DNA from: an uncultured virus (IMG/VR IMGVR_UViG_3300025871_000494) | Lineage: Duplodnaviria; Heunggongvirae; Uroviricota; Caudoviricetes | DNA: 64,000 nucleotides | IMG/VR virus record: IMGVR_UViG_3300025871_000494 | Strand: one strand, 5' to 3' | Part shown: positions 1-10,227 of the stretch, piece by piece | How the letters are laid out: each line of letters starts with the position of its first letter | Position numbering within the stretch: the first letter of the stretch is position 1 | Notes under the pieces: model-generated | Told to the model about the DNA's origin: nothing | What the model saw: only the letters and a program-made list of their open reading frames with translations | The model's database searches: none | Program-made: the position numbers and the translations under genes

Positions 1-206
1 ATGGTGATTTAAAAGATAAAATACAGACACAATATCTTCAACAACAAGGCTTCATTGTTCTTAGATTCTGGGAAAGAGATATTCTTTCTAATTTGGATAA
101 TGTAATTAGAATCATTGAATCTTTTTATAAATTTAAAACCAACAAAAGATTTTTAGATACTTCTTATGATGAATATTTTTCTAATTTACATGGAAATGTT
201 ATATAG
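1..206 (+). CDS. C-terminal fragment of DUF559/Vsr-like endonuclease (probable homing endonuclease), truncated by window edge
   Basis: Frame 3 reads GDLKDKIQTQYLQQQGFIVLRFWERDILSNLDNV...*, matching the D..r...L...G..VLRFW..d signature; TAG at 204-206. Confidence 0.65.
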   Translation, partial: GDLKDKIQTQYLQQQGFIVLRFWERDILSNLDNVIRIIESFYKFKTNKRFLDTSYDEYFSNLHGNVI

Positions 207-209
207 ATC

Positions 210-545
210 ATGCAAAGAAGATTATCTAATGTACTTTATTCTGTTACTAGTTCTACTGGATCTTATGTTCAATTAAATTTTCCAGACGGATCTTTATCTT
301 ACTTTGATTCTACCATTAAACAAGAATTTGATAATGTTCTAATAGATAATATTGGAGACGGTGATATTTGAGTATCTTTTAGACCCGGATTAGTACTAAC
401 CTCCAGTATTACAGGAGCTAAAACTTTAGTTTCTAAAGATAGTTTATATATACAAGAAAGTATACTTCATATTACTATCTATTTTATACAAAGTTCAACA
501 GTAGAACTTATTTTACTTCTAGATCTGAATAATGAAGATTGTTAA
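210..545 (+). pseudogene. Small putative virion protein interrupted by one in-frame TGA (369-371)
   Basis: ATG 210; MQRRLSNVLYSVTSSTGSY...IDNIGDGDI*VSFRPGLVLTSSITGAKTL...NEDC*; frame stays open and protein-like on both sides of the TGA. Confidence 0.5.
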
Positions 546-663
546 GAAAGATAATATTAAAATTTCTCTTATTAGAAAAGAAGAACAAATAGATCTTCGT
601 ATTGTTTTATCCTCAAATAATAGTATTATTATTTGTAATCATGAAAATATAGTGTATGTATAA
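532..663 (+). CDS. Hypothetical 43-aa protein
   Basis: ATG 532 to TAA 661-663, fills the gap between neighbouring ORFs with tight spacing. Confidence 0.35.
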   Translation: MKIVKKDNIKISLIRKEEQIDLRIVLSSNNSIIICNHENIVYV

Positions 664-665
664 AT

Positions 666-3077
666 ATGGCACTTACAAGCATTTATCATGAAAGTCTAAC
701 TACTAGTTGTGGTATTCATATACCATATTCTTTTGAATATACTTCTAGAACTACTAGAGAAGCTGATATCAGTTTCGATTCTACTGATATTGGAAAACTA
801 GCACGACAAACTGATAACAATTCTTTGTGGATGCTTATTGCAATTTCACCTATAACTTGGTCTGCTATAACTGCAGAAACAGGTGCTCCGGGTGATATGT
901 TTAAGTATATTTACGATACCAACAACGATGGTATTGTAGATAATTCACATCAATTAGAAGGGCATAATTCTACTTTTTTTACTTCCACAGGACACTAGCA
1001 TTATAGAAATGCTGGACCAATAACAACCCCGGTATTGACAGATAATGGCGATGGTACAGCAACTATATCATCTACAGATGTAGTATTATTCAATAATACT
1101 GATTTTGTGGAACCTGCAGCAAAATATACTATTGCTGGCGATACTTTTACTTTTACAGAAGGATCGGAAGAATATGTAGTTGCAGACTATAATTCTGGTT
1201 CACCAATTATGAGAGTAGAAACAAATAAAGCTCTTATAAATGGAAGTTCTATTGTAACATTGCTTATTTGTTGGAGGCAAGACTCAGTAATACATTCTGT
1301 TGATGAAGATGCATATGGAATGGGTCTTGCAAATAAAATAAATAGAATGTTATATAATACTCAATCTTATAATAGAAGTATCGATGGTGGGTTAATTTTA
1401 TCTGAAAGTTCTTCTCCTATAGCTAGAACAATCTTGGTCAGTGCATCTATTGTATATGCAGCTGCTACACCTTATGTAGTTTCTACATTTAATTCAAGTA
1501 CAGATTTATTAACTCAAGTTAATCATGTTGGAGGAAATTGGACATATACTAATGTTTCTGTTTACGATAATCAATATTATGATAACGGTACAAATGCTGT
1601 TTTAATGACAGATAATAGATTTTCTAATAGATTCTTTTATAGAAGCATTGGCGATGTTAAACAGGTATTTTACACATTAGGACAGATTCAATATTATAAC
1701 ACAGATGAAACTTATCAAGAACTCCCACCAACTCCTCCTTTAGTACTAAGAGATCATTGTGTTTATATTGGAAGAATCGCAATTGGAAAAAATAGTAGTA
1801 CTGGCGTAGTACACCCTGCTTTTGATCATATAACAGAATTACCAGAATATATATTTTATGATAGCTCTGGGGTATTCACAGCACCAACTATAGTTGGTAG
1901 TAGCACAGGGATAATAACAGTCGGTCAAGGAGAATATCTATTATATTCAGATTCAACATATACAGAAAATACTTTAAATAAGTATACTATTTCTGGTGAT
2001 ACTTTTACAATACCAGATGATGGTATTAATCATTATATAGTAGCTAATTATAATTCTGGTTCACCACAATTAGAATTAATAGATGATATGGAGGCTATAA
2101 ATCAAAGTGATATAATACCGGTTCTTAGTGTATTTAATCTATTAGGAACAATTTTGTATATCTTTTGGGATGAAATGGCCAAGGGATTATCTAATAAATT
2201 ATGTGATAGATTAGTAAAAACAGAACAGTTTACTGTAGAAAAAGGTGGGTTAATACTATCTGAAGTTGCAACTAGACTAGTAAATATAACTGAGGGTAGA
2301 ATTTGGTATGGAGCAGCATATTTAGATTTACCAGAAGTGCAATCTAATGTAGCAGGTCAATATATAGCTCTTTGGTATCATAGTAGCGGTACGTGGACAA
2401 GAACAACGTCTACTACTTATAATAATACACAATACGATAATGGAACAAATTTAGTTACTCTTACAAATAATAGATATGCTGTTAACTGGATTTATAGGGG
2501 ATTTTCGGCAGATCCAGTAAATGTTGTTCAACGACCAGTATCAGTTTTAGGACAAGGTGATTATACATTAGAACAAGCAGTAGCAAGTCTAGAACCAGAT
2601 CCTTTACCACCAGCTATACAAAATTTTTGTGTTTTAGTCGGAAAAATAATTGTTAAAAAAGGTGATAGTACCGCGACAGTAATTATGCCATTAGCGCAAG
2701 AAACTACTCTAAGTAGTGTATTTCCACATAATGGTTTACCTGGATTACAAGGTGGGGCAATTGATGAATATTATTATTTAACAGCAGCAGAATATACAGC
2801 ATTAGGGCATTTATCGTTTAATATTACAACACAAACAACCACCTATACAATATTAAATACTGATGATGTAATTTTGTGTAATGGTACATTTACAGCTACA
2901 CTACCAGCAGCAACAGGAACAGGTAAAGTATTTCATATTAAAAACATAGGAACAGGAGTTATTACAGTAGCTGGTAATGGAACTGAAACTATAGATAATG
3001 AATTAACACAAACTGTGAATAGTTATGAAAATTTGCAGGTTATAGATGGTTCTTCCGGAAATTGGTATATATTATAA
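666..3077 (+). CDS. Tail-fibre-like virion protein, split by one in-frame TAG (996-998) into the track's 666..998 and 1035..3077 ORFs
   Basis: Both ORFs are in the same frame with no other stop between them; GDMFKYIYDTNNDGIVD...GH*H fibre-type motif; internal ~286-aa duplication; C-terminal TLPAATGTGKVFHIKN...GTETID domain common in phage fibres. Confidence 0.65.
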
Positions 3078-3086
3078 AGGTGCAAC

Positions 3087-4427
3087 ATGTCATACTTTAA
3101 AGCAATAGAACAAAATGTTAAGATATCATCTGGAAATAGTTCAACTGTAAATTTAACATCTAGTGGCATTTTTACTGGAGTTTCAGATTCTACTCTAGGT
3201 GTCAATGCAATACAGGTTTCTTTATATACAGATCAAAAATGTATCGTATATGTTGAACAATCACCAAATGGCACTAATTGGGATATTTGCGATGAATACG
3301 ATTACAATGAAAACGAAAATTTTGGTATTACTGTACAAGCAGTAAATTCGTATGTACGTGTTCGTGTAACAAATACTAATTCAAGTGCTGCTACATCATT
3401 TTTCAGATTACAAACAGCTCTTTGCCCGATTGTTGAAGCATTACCAAGAAGTTTAGATGATCATGGAAATTTAAAAGTAAGTATAAACTCTATAAAAGAT
3501 GAATATGGATTTGAAGCTGAATGCAGTCCTATGAATCAATTAAGAGTTACTCAAGTATATAAATTAATCGGTGGAGTTGGTTCTGGAAGTCAAGTAGATC
3601 CAAATTTTTGGTCTGCTACATTAGCAAATGGTGGTACTGTAGTAGAATCTAGTGGAGAAGTAAGAATTAGAACAAATACTACATTAAATGGCTCTGCTAT
3701 TATTAATTCAAATAGAAATGCAAGATATGTTGTTGGTGCAGCAAATTATTTTATAGGAGTGGGACACACAGATTCAGGTATTTCTGGAAACGTAAGACGA
3801 TGGGGGGTATTTTCATCAACAAATGGTGCATTCTATGAAATAAACGGAACATCTTTTAGATGTGTCACCAGAAATAATAGCACAGATATAATCACAAGTT
3901 CAGGATATTTTAATGGAGATTTGGGGTCTTCGTATTCTATTGGGACTTCGATTCATACTTATGAAATATATTATACAACTACTCAAGTATGGTTTTCTGT
4001 CGATGGTAATTTATTACATACTACATCAGCCTCAACAACACCATGGACAACAAATATTCATCTTCCTATTAGAGCAGAAAATACAAATACTGGTATAACA
4101 ACTGATATCAGTTTGTATATAAGAGGAGCTACAATTAATAGATTAGGACCTCTACAAACTGATTCATTATATAAGTATATTTCTGGAGCCAGTACTACTG
4201 TCTTAAAATACAGCCCCGGTCATTTATACAGATTAGTAGTGAATGATGGTGCTGCTGGAAGTAGTATTACGCTATACGATAATACTGCTGCATCTGGAGC
4301 AATAATAGGAATAGTTAATACTGCATCTATTGCTACACCAACAACTCTTGTATTTGATTGCGGATTTTATACAGGATTAACAGTAGTTATTGTTAATGCG
4401 GTTAATGTTACAGTTATTTATGAATAG
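3087..4427 (+). CDS. Virion structural protein with probable ConA/lectin-like beta-sandwich
   Basis: Ser/Thr/Gly-rich beta protein; HTYEIYYTTTQVWFSVDGNLLHT resembles the ConA-like fold strand pattern. Confidence 0.5.
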   Translation: MSYFKAIEQNVKISSGNSSTVNLTSSGIFTGVSDSTLGVNAIQVSLYTDQKCIVYVEQSPNGTNWDICDEYDYNENENFGITVQAVNSYVRVRVTNTNSSAATSFFRLQTALCPIVEALPRSLDDHGNLKVSINSIKDEYGFEAECSPMNQLRVTQVYKLIGGVGSGSQVDPNFWSATLANGGTVVESSGEVRIRTNTTLNGSAIINSNRNARYVVGAANYFIGVGHTDSGISGNVRRWGVFSSTNGAFYEINGTSFRCVTRNNSTDIITSSGYFNGDLGSSYSIGTSIHTYEIYYTTTQVWFSVDGNLLHTTSASTTPWTTNIHLPIRAENTNTGITTDISLYIRGATINRLGPLQTDSLYKYISGASTTVLKYSPGHLYRLVVNDGAAGSSITLYDNTAASGAIIGIVNTASIATPTTLVFDCGFYTGLTVVIVNAVNVTVIYE

Positions 4428-4534
4428 AAGTATTATTTCTTAATATTCTTACTAATTTTTACTTAAATAGATATTAAAAATTTTTAAATTTATGTAAAAT
4501 AGAAAAAATATTTTTACATGAATATTGGTATGTT

Positions 4535-5320
4535 ATGTTTTCTTGGTTAAGCACACTCCCATTATGGTTTCAACTTTCCTTTGCTATCATCTCCTTTTTG
4601 GGTATTATTTTTATGATCGGTGTAATAATTAAAATTATTTATCAAGCTATTAAATTAGGTATTAAATGGAAATCAGGAGATGATACCATAGAAATAGGAT
4701 CAACAGATAGCAGTACAAAAAAAGAATCAAAATTTAGAAAAAATCCACATAAGGAGTGTATGCATAATAAAGATATCATCTTATTAATACATGAAAGCAA
4801 TAAATTACAATATGAAAAATTATATGTGATACACATCGAACAGTTAAGAGATCAAATGAATTATGCAGAACAAAAATCTGATGAAATAAAGTATTATATG
4901 CTTTCTCTATATCTTGATTTACTGGAAACTAAAGGTATTAGTAGTGTTGTTGGCAGCATTAGTACAAACTGTTATAGGTTACTTTTAAAAGATATAACAA
5001 ATGAAATATTACGGGATGTTCGTCAAGCATTTAGAGAAAATCATTTTATAGACATGAATGAAATAAGTTTCAATAAATATATTAACGATAAATTTGAATA
5101 TATTAAAAGTAGAACTAGCGAATTACTGAATCAAAACTATTTCTATGAGGAAGTTATAACCAGAGAAGAACTATATACTTATAATATTAAAAATGTAGAA
5201 AGAATTAGAGAACTAATTTTTCAAGTTTTTATGCATGCAAAAGAAGTAGCAATTAATTATAGACAAAAAGAAAGAGAATTAGACGAAAAATTGCAGAAAT
5301 TACTAGAAAAATATTTTTAG
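4535..5320 (+). CDS. Membrane-anchored hypothetical protein (possible lysis-related)
   Basis: Hydrophobic N-terminal helix (LWFQLSFAIISFLGIIFMIGVIIKII) followed by a soluble helical domain. Confidence 0.45.
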   Translation: MFSWLSTLPLWFQLSFAIISFLGIIFMIGVIIKIIYQAIKLGIKWKSGDDTIEIGSTDSSTKKESKFRKNPHKECMHNKDIILLIHESNKLQYEKLYVIHIEQLRDQMNYAEQKSDEIKYYMLSLYLDLLETKGISSVVGSISTNCYRLLLKDITNEILRDVRQAFRENHFIDMNEISFNKYINDKFEYIKSRTSELLNQNYFYEEVITREELYTYNIKNVERIRELIFQVFMHAKEVAINYRQKERELDEKLQKLLEKYF

Positions 5321-5417
5321 AAACCTTAAAGAATAATTTCCTTTTTAATATTTTCTTGTAAACTTGCAATATTATATTTATTTTCTGCAATTGACATAAC
5401 CAAGGAGAATATACACA

Positions 5418-6032
5418 ATGTCAACTTATAAAGGCGTAATTAGATTCATATCAGAAACCAGCGAAATAGCTTTAGTAGAAGAAACACCACTTGTTCAAGA
5501 TCAAACAATTGCATCTACTGAATTAGCATCTACTGGTGCGGTAACATGGGAAGGTACACTTCAACCAATTATAAATGAAAATTCTCTTATTATTAAGATA
5601 GCTGGAACAGAAGCCCCTCATGCAGAGTATGCATTAACCACATCGACAGGTAGAAAAATTTATACAAGCACTGGTGCTGGGTATATTGCTGCAGACGGAT
5701 TACTATATACTGCATCTGGTTCTTATGATATGAATAACTGTACTGCATTATATGGAACTGCATTTGAATTAACATCAGAAAATATTCTAGATAAAGTAAC
5801 AGGAACGATAGTACTTAACTTTGCTGTTGCTAGTGCACCAACTGCTGGGCAAGAAGTTCGTGTTGATTATACAAGAGATTATTTCAACGAGACAATAGGA
5901 TATACAAGAACTAGAATGCTACGCGGTGATTTTTCAGATCTAAGCGTTGATGATATAATTTATTATGATTATTCTGAAGGCGCAAGCGAAGAAGAATTCA
6001 CAGTAGATGTCGAGCGTCCTGGCCAAGCTTAA
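5418..6032 (+). CDS. Putative virion structural protein
   Basis: AAGGAG RBS; Thr/Gly-rich; TGTIVLNF..AP..GQEVRVDY motif typical of phage structural Ig-like domains. Confidence 0.5.
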   Translation: MSTYKGVIRFISETSEIALVEETPLVQDQTIASTELASTGAVTWEGTLQPIINENSLIIKIAGTEAPHAEYALTTSTGRKIYTSTGAGYIAADGLLYTASGSYDMNNCTALYGTAFELTSENILDKVTGTIVLNFAVASAPTAGQEVRVDYTRDYFNETIGYTRTRMLRGDFSDLSVDDIIYYDYSEGASEEEFTVDVERPGQA

Positions 6033-6955
6033 TGAAAGATAAACTTCATCAAGAACAAGAAACAGATTATTTTGATATTTTGTTTCCAGAACTTCAAAAA
6101 AAGAAAGTAGCTGTTAAACTGCCTTCAATAAAAGATAGTACAAAAAAAGAGATGGAGAAAGATGAAACAACTCCATCTCCTGCTGCTTCTAAAAAAGAAG
6201 AACCAATAGAAGATACAGATAATATGGATCTTCTTAGAGAAGAAATTAACAAAGCTATTGAAGACGCCAAAATTACTGATGGAATTGAAAGAGAACTTCA
6301 AGATCTTAAAGACGTTGTACAAGATCTAGAAAGAGAAGAAAAATTTAAAGTTCTTAAAGAGGAATTAAAAACAGACGTTCTAAAACAAATGGAACCTCTT
6401 CAAAAAGAACTAGAAGAACTTAAAGAAAGAAAAATTCCAGAAAGAAGACAGTTTGAAACGGATGGAGCTTATAAAGAACAACTCTATCCTATAGCTACTA
6501 ATGTTCTTGATAAGATTATTATACCCTTAATTAATATTGTTCCAGATTATAATTTAATTTCTACTCAAATTTCAAGTACTTATGAAGATGGTACTATTAA
6601 GAATGGTATTGTTTCTATAAATATGATCATTCCTAATAATGATTATAGATATGATTTTAGAATAGATTTAGTAATTTTAAATGGATTAATTCAATCTCCT
6701 TCTTATTGTACAAGAGGTAGAAACTTAATACCATTAACTCAAAAAGACTTATATAATGAAATAAATACATTTTCCTATAGAAAATTAGAGCCTAATTATA
6801 ATTACAAAAAGAGTCCGTTTAGCAATACTGGAGAAAATCCTCTTAGAAGACCTGATAATCAAAAATTCTACGAAGTAGATAATAAAGAACCAACTCCAAG
6901 CGCAATTTCAGAGGACCATAAATGGAAAGCTCATCTAGAGCGCGGATTGATATAA
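6032..6955 (+). CDS. Hypothetical protein with coiled-coil N-terminal half
   Basis: 307-aa ORF, E/K-rich heptads, TAATG overlap with upstream gene. Confidence 0.5.
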   Translation: MKDKLHQEQETDYFDILFPELQKKKVAVKLPSIKDSTKKEMEKDETTPSPAASKKEEPIEDTDNMDLLREEINKAIEDAKITDGIERELQDLKDVVQDLEREEKFKVLKEELKTDVLKQMEPLQKELEELKERKIPERRQFETDGAYKEQLYPIATNVLDKIIIPLINIVPDYNLISTQISSTYEDGTIKNGIVSINMIIPNNDYRYDFRIDLVILNGLIQSPSYCTRGRNLIPLTQKDLYNEINTFSYRKLEPNYNYKKSPFSNTGENPLRRPDNQKFYEVDNKEPTPSAISEDHKWKAHLERGLI

Positions 6956-6965
6956 AGGTAGATAT

Positions 6966-7205
6966 ATGAATGGAAATGCCTTTCAAACTTGTGATTTGCC
7001 GCTTGCTACATTTCTTCGTTGCAACGGAATAGCACATTCTTCAGAATACAATAGTAGAACTAAAGAATGGAGTTTTAAAGATGAACTAAAGTGTAAAGAA
7101 CTTGCACAAAAGTTTATTAATGGAGAAGCCAAAGTAGATCCATTACAATATGAAATGCACAGAAGAGCATTACTAAGTACTGCTAAAAGAATTCGTGGTG
7201 AATAA
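6966..7205 (+). CDS. DUF5659-like small protein
   Basis: FQTCDLPLATFLRCNGI matches the f.t.Dl.lA.fL...G pattern recalled for DUF5659. Confidence 0.45.
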   Translation: MNGNAFQTCDLPLATFLRCNGIAHSSEYNSRTKEWSFKDELKCKELAQKFINGEAKVDPLQYEMHRRALLSTAKRIRGE

Positions 7206-7536
7206 GATTAACGAATATAATAAAATTCTTGATTTACTTGTTTGTACATCAGTTACAATATCAGATCTTCATGAAGAAAATAAGAAGATAATTGAATTAC
7301 TAGAAGAATCCTTAGGAAAAAAGGATTCTATTTTTTTGAGTGATAGTGAGAAAAAATTACAAATGTGGTTATCTACTACTAAAAACAAAATAGTAGGAAA
7401 TACTTATAGAATACCAGAATCTTTGCATGAAGACTTCAAAAAGAAATGTGCAGAAGAAGGTTATTCTGTTCAAGAAGGTATTGCTAGATTAATTCAGTCT
7501 TATGTTGATGAATCTTTTATAATAAAAACTAAATAG
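7195..7536 (+). CDS. Ribbon-helix-helix DNA-binding protein
   Basis: C-terminal NTYRIPESLHEDFKKKCAEEGYSVQEGIARLIQSYV is an Arc/CopG/ParG-like RHH pattern. Confidence 0.6.
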   Translation: MVNKINEYNKILDLLVCTSVTISDLHEENKKIIELLEESLGKKDSIFLSDSEKKLQMWLSTTKNKIVGNTYRIPESLHEDFKKKCAEEGYSVQEGIARLIQSYVDESFIIKTK

Positions 7537-7574
7537 CATAGCAAGAATTCGCTTTCTTGGGACCGTCATAGAAG

Positions 7575-7608
7575 ACCCTAGATAATTTAATTATTATCTA
7601 GGGTTTTT
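7575..7608 (+). terminator. Rho-independent terminator
   Basis: ACCCTAGATAAT-ttaatt-ATTATCTAGGGT 12-bp perfect stem followed by T run. Confidence 0.8.
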
Positions 7609-7674
7609 AATAACTTAAGAATTTGTTATAAGTTTTTATTTTTTATAGTTAGTTAATAAATTGGATAATTTAAT

Positions 7675-8382
7675 ATGGGTCTAAATTTAGCAACAAATCA
7701 ATGTTTAACAGCACCAGTTAGTATTTCTGCTCCACAACCTTTCACATTTATGTGTTGGGTAAAAAAAGCTTCTACATATTTTGAACCAATGTCTATGATT
7801 AGTTTAGGAGATGTATCAGAAGCTTTATCTTTTAATGCTATGCAAGCACAAAACGAATGGACAAGAGCAATTTCTTTTGCTGCTTTTGCAGCTGCTTCAG
7901 ATGCTACACACTTAATTGATGATGATGTTAATCACTTTCTTTGCGCTGTTTTTGGTGCTTCTTCCATAGTATTTTATTTTGATGATAACACCCCTACAAC
8001 ACAAGCTTGGAGTCCGTCTGGTTCTGTAGCTTTTGATCTTATGGCTGTAGGTCGAACAGCAAATTCAGGTGGGGCAGAATTTTTTACAGGAACAATAGAA
8101 CATGCAGCATGTTGGAATGTAGCACTTAATTCTACACAAGTTGGAAATTTATATGCATGCACTACAGCACCTTCTGAAATTAGTGGACTACAATTTTATT
8201 TTCCTTTTTCAGATTCTTTAACAGATAGTGTAGGAACACTATCTTGGTCAGCTTCAAACTTAGGCTCTCCTACATATACATCATTAGGTATAACTTATCC
8301 ATCAGGCGGTGAACCACCTGCAGGTGGTTCAAATATATCTTCTAAGGTAGTTTTATATTTAATGCAACAGGGATTCATTTAA
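7675..8382 (+). CDS. LamG/ConA-like lectin-domain virion protein
   Basis: FTFMCWVK...FFTGTIEHAACWNVALNSTQVGNLY, a Laminin_G_3-type signature. Confidence 0.7.
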   Translation: MGLNLATNQCLTAPVSISAPQPFTFMCWVKKASTYFEPMSMISLGDVSEALSFNAMQAQNEWTRAISFAAFAAASDATHLIDDDVNHFLCAVFGASSIVFYFDDNTPTTQAWSPSGSVAFDLMAVGRTANSGGAEFFTGTIEHAACWNVALNSTQVGNLYACTTAPSEISGLQFYFPFSDSLTDSVGTLSWSASNLGSPTYTSLGITYPSGGEPPAGGSNISSKVVLYLMQQGFI

Positions 8383-8385
8383 TAT

Positions 8386-10146
8386 ATGGCATTACGATTT
8401 ACTAGAGCTAGTGAACAATATTTATACTCTGCATTAAGTGTTAATAGAGTACCTATGACTATTTCGTTGTGGGTTAGACGTGCATCTTTAGCATATTGGT
8501 GTACATTAGCAGGTGTAGGAGATGTAGATCAAGAACGTCAATATCAATGTATACAAACTGCAGATGACCAGATACGATCTATTGGATGGGCTGGTGGATC
8601 TGGGTATACTTCTACACATTCTGGTAATCCTGGTACAACAAATTGGTACCATTGTGTAGTAGTTTTTGTAAGTGATAGCATAACTTTTTATTTAGATAAC
8701 GAAGCACAAACACCTGGGGCATGGACAGCAGGATCAATTAGTATAGATCAAATAAGAATAGGAGCTAATTGTTCTTCTACTTTTTACGACTATGCAGATG
8801 ATTATATAGAGCATGTTGCAGTGTGGGATGTTGCTTTATCAACTGATGAAATAGCTGATCTATATAATTGTGACGTAAATCCTCTTGATATACAATCTGA
8901 TCATCTTTTAACATATACTCCTTTAATAGATGATATGACAGATGAATCCGGTAATCTTACCTGGACGGCAGTTAATATGTCGTCTCCATCTTACTCTACT
9001 TCAGGAATAGAATATCCTGCAAGCAGTGGTAGTTCTTGTACACTTACTTATAATGGAAATGGTAATACTTCAGGATCAGTACCTACCGATGCAAATTCAC
9101 CTTATGAATCTGGAGCAACAGTAACAGTATTAGGAAATACTGGAAGCCTGGCAAAAACTAATTATACCTTTGGTGGTTGGCAAACAACCTCAACAGGTGG
9201 TACTCATTATGATGCTAATGATACATTTGTTATATCAAATAATACTACGCTATATGCAGATTGGACAGCCACCTATCAATATAGAACAATAAATCATACT
9301 AATTATGATCCTTCAAGTTACACTAATGCTGAAATTTTAAAAGCTGCAGCAAAGAAAGTATACTTTGAACATGCTTCTACTGGTCAAGATATTGTAGGAG
9401 ATTCAACCACAAATTCAACTACTGGTAATAACTATGACGATTCTGCAAATTGTGGTTTAGCTCTGTTATATGCAGAAAATAATAGATATCTTTGTGATAG
9501 AGATTCTGCAGAATCAGCCAATGATTACACTTGGTTTTCAACACATACAGGTTTACAGGATAATAACCGTGGAAATCCTACTCCTGCTACTAAAATAAGT
9601 GGATTCGTTGAGATGTCAGCTAATATGCGCGGTGCTATTGATATTGCAATGTGGAAATATTGCTGGATAGATGTTTGGCCTGAAACTTCTGGTTATATTT
9701 CTGATGGTGCAGCAGCGGCTGCATCCGATATTGAGGATATAGAAGCATTTGAAGCAGCAAATCCAAGTATAACTGTTGTTTGGTGGACAATGCCTCTTCA
9801 AGATGATGCAAGTTATGCTGCTAGAGAAGCATATAATTCTGCAATTAGAACTTACTGTTTAGATCATGCAAAATGGTTAATAGATATTGCTGATATAGAA
9901 TGTTATAATACTTCTAATGTTAAGCAAGTAGATGGAAATGGTAGAGAAATAGCAGAAACTTCATATATGAGAGCAGATGGTGGACATCTTGGTACAGATG
10001 GAAGACTGAGAATGGGAAAAGCATATTGGTCACTTTTAGCTGCTATTGCAAATGAAAATTTAAATCCTACTACATATAAGAAAGAAATAATATTTGAGAC
10101 TATCTCTTCTATGAAGAAATTTATATGTATAAAACGAGCAATTTAA
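8386..10146 (+). CDS. Multidomain virion protein: LamG + Listeria-Bacteroides (InlB B) repeat + SGNH-hydrolase-like domain
   Basis: TISLWVR...IEHVAVWDVALSTDEIADLY; TLTYNGNG...NYTFGGW...TTLYADW; VYFEHASTG...REAYNSAIR...DGGHL. Confidence 0.65.
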   Translation: MALRFTRASEQYLYSALSVNRVPMTISLWVRRASLAYWCTLAGVGDVDQERQYQCIQTADDQIRSIGWAGGSGYTSTHSGNPGTTNWYHCVVVFVSDSITFYLDNEAQTPGAWTAGSISIDQIRIGANCSSTFYDYADDYIEHVAVWDVALSTDEIADLYNCDVNPLDIQSDHLLTYTPLIDDMTDESGNLTWTAVNMSSPSYSTSGIEYPASSGSSCTLTYNGNGNTSGSVPTDANSPYESGATVTVLGNTGSLAKTNYTFGGWQTTSTGGTHYDANDTFVISNNTTLYADWTATYQYRTINHTNYDPSSYTNAEILKAAAKKVYFEHASTGQDIVGDSTTNSTTGNNYDDSANCGLALLYAENNRYLCDRDSAESANDYTWFSTHTGLQDNNRGNPTPATKISGFVEMSANMRGAIDIAMWKYCWIDVWPETSGYISDGAAAAASDIEDIEAFEAANPSITVVWWTMPLQDDASYAAREAYNSAIRTYCLDHAKWLIDIADIECYNTSNVKQVDGNGREIAETSYMRADGGHLGTDGRLRMGKAYWSLLAAIANENLNPTTYKKEIIFETISSMKKFICIKRAI

Positions 10147-10227
10147 ACGAAAAGATACTAAAATTATATAGAAAAATAATATATTTTACTTACACACTAT
10201 CTTATCTAAAGTAATAAGGGTAGCAGA

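Noticed and set aside
1..545. Fusion of the DUF559 fragment with the 210 ORF via TAG 204-206 (same frame)
   Set aside because: The nuclease domain ends naturally and an ATG follows immediately; in-frame arrangement is probably chance
204..998. Genome-wide stop-codon reassignment (code 15 TAG=Gln, or code 4/25 TGA)
   Set aside because: Long genes up to 1743 aa have no internal TAG/TGA, and both codons end many genes at sensible boundaries (e.g. 4427, 11796, 34996, 41187); only two isolated internal stops exist
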